From Blepharisma stoltei ATCC 30299 (lineage: Eukaryota > Protista > Ciliophora), in NCBI GenBank assembly GCA_965603825.1, contig CBFDEM010000052.1, positions 62,001 to 126,000 on the forward strand: a DNA stretch of 64,000 bases. The letters are read 5' to 3'. The notes under the pieces were generated by a model. It was given only the letters and a program-made list of their open reading frames with translations, ran no database searches and had not been told where the DNA came from. Within the stretch, counting starts at the first letter, position 1. Every line of letters starts with the position of its first letter. Shown here one piece after another: positions 61,201 to 64,000 of the stretch. The translations under genes were made by a program, and so were the position numbers.

Positions 61201-64000
61201 AAACCTTTACCAATGACAATGCTGAAGTATGCTTGGGATTTTGGCTCTCTCACAAAAGAAGATTTTAAACAATACACTTTGTCTATGCTCGAGGTATCCT
61301 ACCAAGAAACAGTTTTCACCCAGTTCATATGAAAATTAATATGTCTTCTAAAATTAAAAATCCCAAAAAATCCATTTTTATACAAAAATGCAATAAAGCA
61401 ATACCAAAATATGCTGGAATGGAAGTATGACTTGCTCTGTGGAAGCAAAAATCTACTTGTTGAAATGATTTGTAAAGCTCACGAATATTTACCTAAAACC
61501 GAAGATGAAAGTATAAGTCTCAGAGACGTCGCAAGGTTCATCAAAATTAAATCATGATTTTCTAAGTCAATTGAAGAAAAACGCAAATATTTAAAAAATA
61601 CAAGATATTTAGCAAACGAAACAAACTATAACTTAAAAATCAAGGATTTTGAGATTGACGAAGAGCTCAGGGCAGGAATTCTTTCTTTTTGTGTCTGCTA
61701 CTACTTAAGAATTTTCTCTAAAAAAAGCAGAAAAGCATTTCTTGAGCATATTGTAGATCAATTAAATAGAGATAAAAATTTGAAAATTGAGTATCCACGA
61801 TTGGACCAATTTCTAACCACAGATGTAATATTATCAATATTAGAAAGTGAGCAAGATGATTTAATTGCAAGAATGGAATTGACAAAGGGCATCGCAATAA
61901 ATAAGCCGCTAAAAGAAAACATTTTCTGCATGATTGTATGCATTCTTAACCAAATTCCTCTACTTATCTGTGGGAAGCCTGGGTCCAGCAAATCTCTTTC
62001 TATCGAGCTTGTTTTTGCAAATTTAAAAGGAGTGCAGTCATATGATCCTTATTTTAAGACGTTGCCTGTGCTAACAGAGGTCCCATTTCAAGGGTCAGAT
62101 TCATGCAAATCAGAAGAAATCAATGAAATTTTTTCCCAGGCTAATAATTACCTGGATAGTTCAAGAGAGAAAGGAGCTACCGATATCCCTGTAATTGTTT
62201 TTGATGAAATCGGCCTTGCTGAGATATCAAAATATAACCCATTAAAAGTTTTGCATAATCTTTTGGAAATAGAAAACATACATATTGGCTTTGTTGGGAT
62301 TTCAAATTGGAAACTTGATGCTTCAAAAATGAATAGAGCTCTATTTCTTGCTCGTGAAGATCCAGGTGTGGATGATTTATGTGATACTGCGAATTCCATT
62401 TATTCATTTTATTCGAATGAAAAGCCTTACCAAAAGATAATTGAAGATTTATCATATTGATATTATAAGCTTAAAGAACACTTTAAGCCAATGCATTGCA
62501 ATAATGAGTTTTATGGCCTTAGAGATTTTTACCACTTGATTAAAAGAGTTTCCAAAGAATTAACAAATCCGATTGGTGATTACGAAAAAGTGTTTGAAAT
62601 TGTGAAACTTTCTGTTGAAAGAAACTTTGGTGGGCTGAAAAATGAAGATAATCATATTGAAGCCTTATCTAATCCATGGAATGGTTATTTATGAGAATCT
62701 TCGAAGAGATATAGCACGATTGATTTGATAAACGATAATTTAAATGAACACATAAAAGGAAGCTCAAATGGGATTATTCCAAGATATCTTATGATAGTAG
62801 GAAACTCAAGATTCGGTATTTGTGCAATTGAGAGGATCCTAAACTCTCGGTTACCTTTAAGAAAAGTTATGATAGGCAGCTGCTTGAAAAACGACATTAA
62901 TAATGAAAAGAGTGCTTTTCAATCCCTAACTGATATAATTTTATATATGAGCACAGGTCGAACTGTGATTCTTAAAGGTATGGACCAAATCTATACTGCC
63001 CTTTACGATTTATTTAATCAGCATTTTCAATGGTCAGGACCAAGCCGATACTGCAAAGTGGCCTTGAGTTCAACAAACAATTCTTACTGTTTTGTCCACC
63101 CCAACTTCTATACCATAGTCTTTTTGGATGAAGAAGAGGCCAAGGAATCAGATCCTCCCTTTTTGAACAGATTTGAAAAGCATTACTTAGATATAAACTC
63201 CCTATTATCAAATAAAAACTCTATCGAAATTCTTAAAGATTTAACAAATTGGGTTAAAATTTTTAAAAAGCAGAAAGGAAACCGAGCTGAACTGTTAAAA
63301 ATAAATAATTTATTTCCAATTTATAGTGCAGAAACTCTCAGCTTAATGATATATTCAAGCAGATATGAAAACCAAGAAGAAATATTAAAAGACTGCAAGC
63401 TGCAGCTCCTTAACTCTGCTTCTTCAATAGTAATGATTTTGAGTCATCAGTTAATAAATGATACTGAAGAAAAAGTTTTTATAATTGATAATTGAATGAA
63501 GCTTCACTCTGCAGAAAATTCATTTATAAGTACATTAAATTTGATGGTGAATGATAATTGTGATAAAAAAAAGCTCTTGGCTTTTACATTTGATAACGCT
63601 CAAATTTGGAGCACTCTTAATGATACAGACCCAGATTTGTTAGCTTGCACCAGCATCAATAAGTTTCATGACTATTCAGCAGAAGCAGAGCTATGCAAAA
63701 GTATTGAAAATTATTTTAAAGAGCCAAATAAGAAACTTTATATCCTTGAGATAGACTTCAGTAGCGAAAATCAGCACATTTTAATGGTAAAACATATTAT
63801 TGACGGGATAGAAGAAAAGTATAGAAAAGTGAAAAATTTTGTGATAATGGGTAGAATGATAAGCAATTTGGAATATCGAGAATTCATATTTTACTTTGAA
63901 GATTGGCAAATGAAAATGTTTGAAGAAATAAAAAGGACGTCTGAGTTTGACATTTCTGCTTTACTTTTAAAAGATACCAAAAAGCTGATTGAAGAAAACG
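55267..64000 (+). CDS. RNF213/mysterin-like giant dynein-related AAA+ ATPase (>2910 aa, 3' partial)
   Basis: 13 track ORFs in one frame with only TGA between them. SKRAGIGKT, GDTGCGKS, WVLFDEFNTT, SLRDVARF, GKPGSSKSL, VFDEIGLAE..PLKVLH, GISNWKLDASKMNR, YGLRDFY, RNFGG, LYDLFNQ, PPFLNRFEKH. Confidence 0.92.

Noticed and set aside
55267-63495. Apparent operon or multi-stop pseudogene of 13 ORFs
   Set aside because: All are in one frame and separated only by TGA=Trp; this is a single gene.

Overview
AT-rich, gene-dense eukaryotic DNA that reads as a heterotrich ciliate macronuclear sequence, most like Blepharisma. TGA encodes Trp, TAA and TAG are stops, and introns are 15 nt. The supplied ORF track uses the wrong code and fragments many genes. 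Rejoined, the window holds about 27 genes. These include SEC13, VTI1, imidazolonepropionase, GTPBP1/2, BIVM, a CCT-motif protein, FAB1/PIKfyve, a CAMK-group kinase, TAF1B/Rrn7, a Venus-flytrap multipass receptor and an RNF213-like AAA+ giant that runs off the 3' end. There are also two tRNA-Val genes. Two tandem triplets are present: ~890-aa cytosolic HEXXH (zincin) proteins at 1.6-10.5 kb and kelch-like propellers at 30.4-34.9 kb. The most striking hidden structure is a duplication trail of the HEXXH gene. A decayed remnant sits between the receptor and the RNF213-like gene (54 kb). An inverted pseudogene lies before PIKfyve and carries a piece of the receptor gene (35-37.7 kb). The re-inverted live array at 0.5-10.6 kb carries pieces of both the receptor and PIKfyve. 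Three ~85-130 nt AT-rich inserts resemble retained or fossil IESs; one interrupts an otherwise intact gene. All of this was read by eye, with no database searches.
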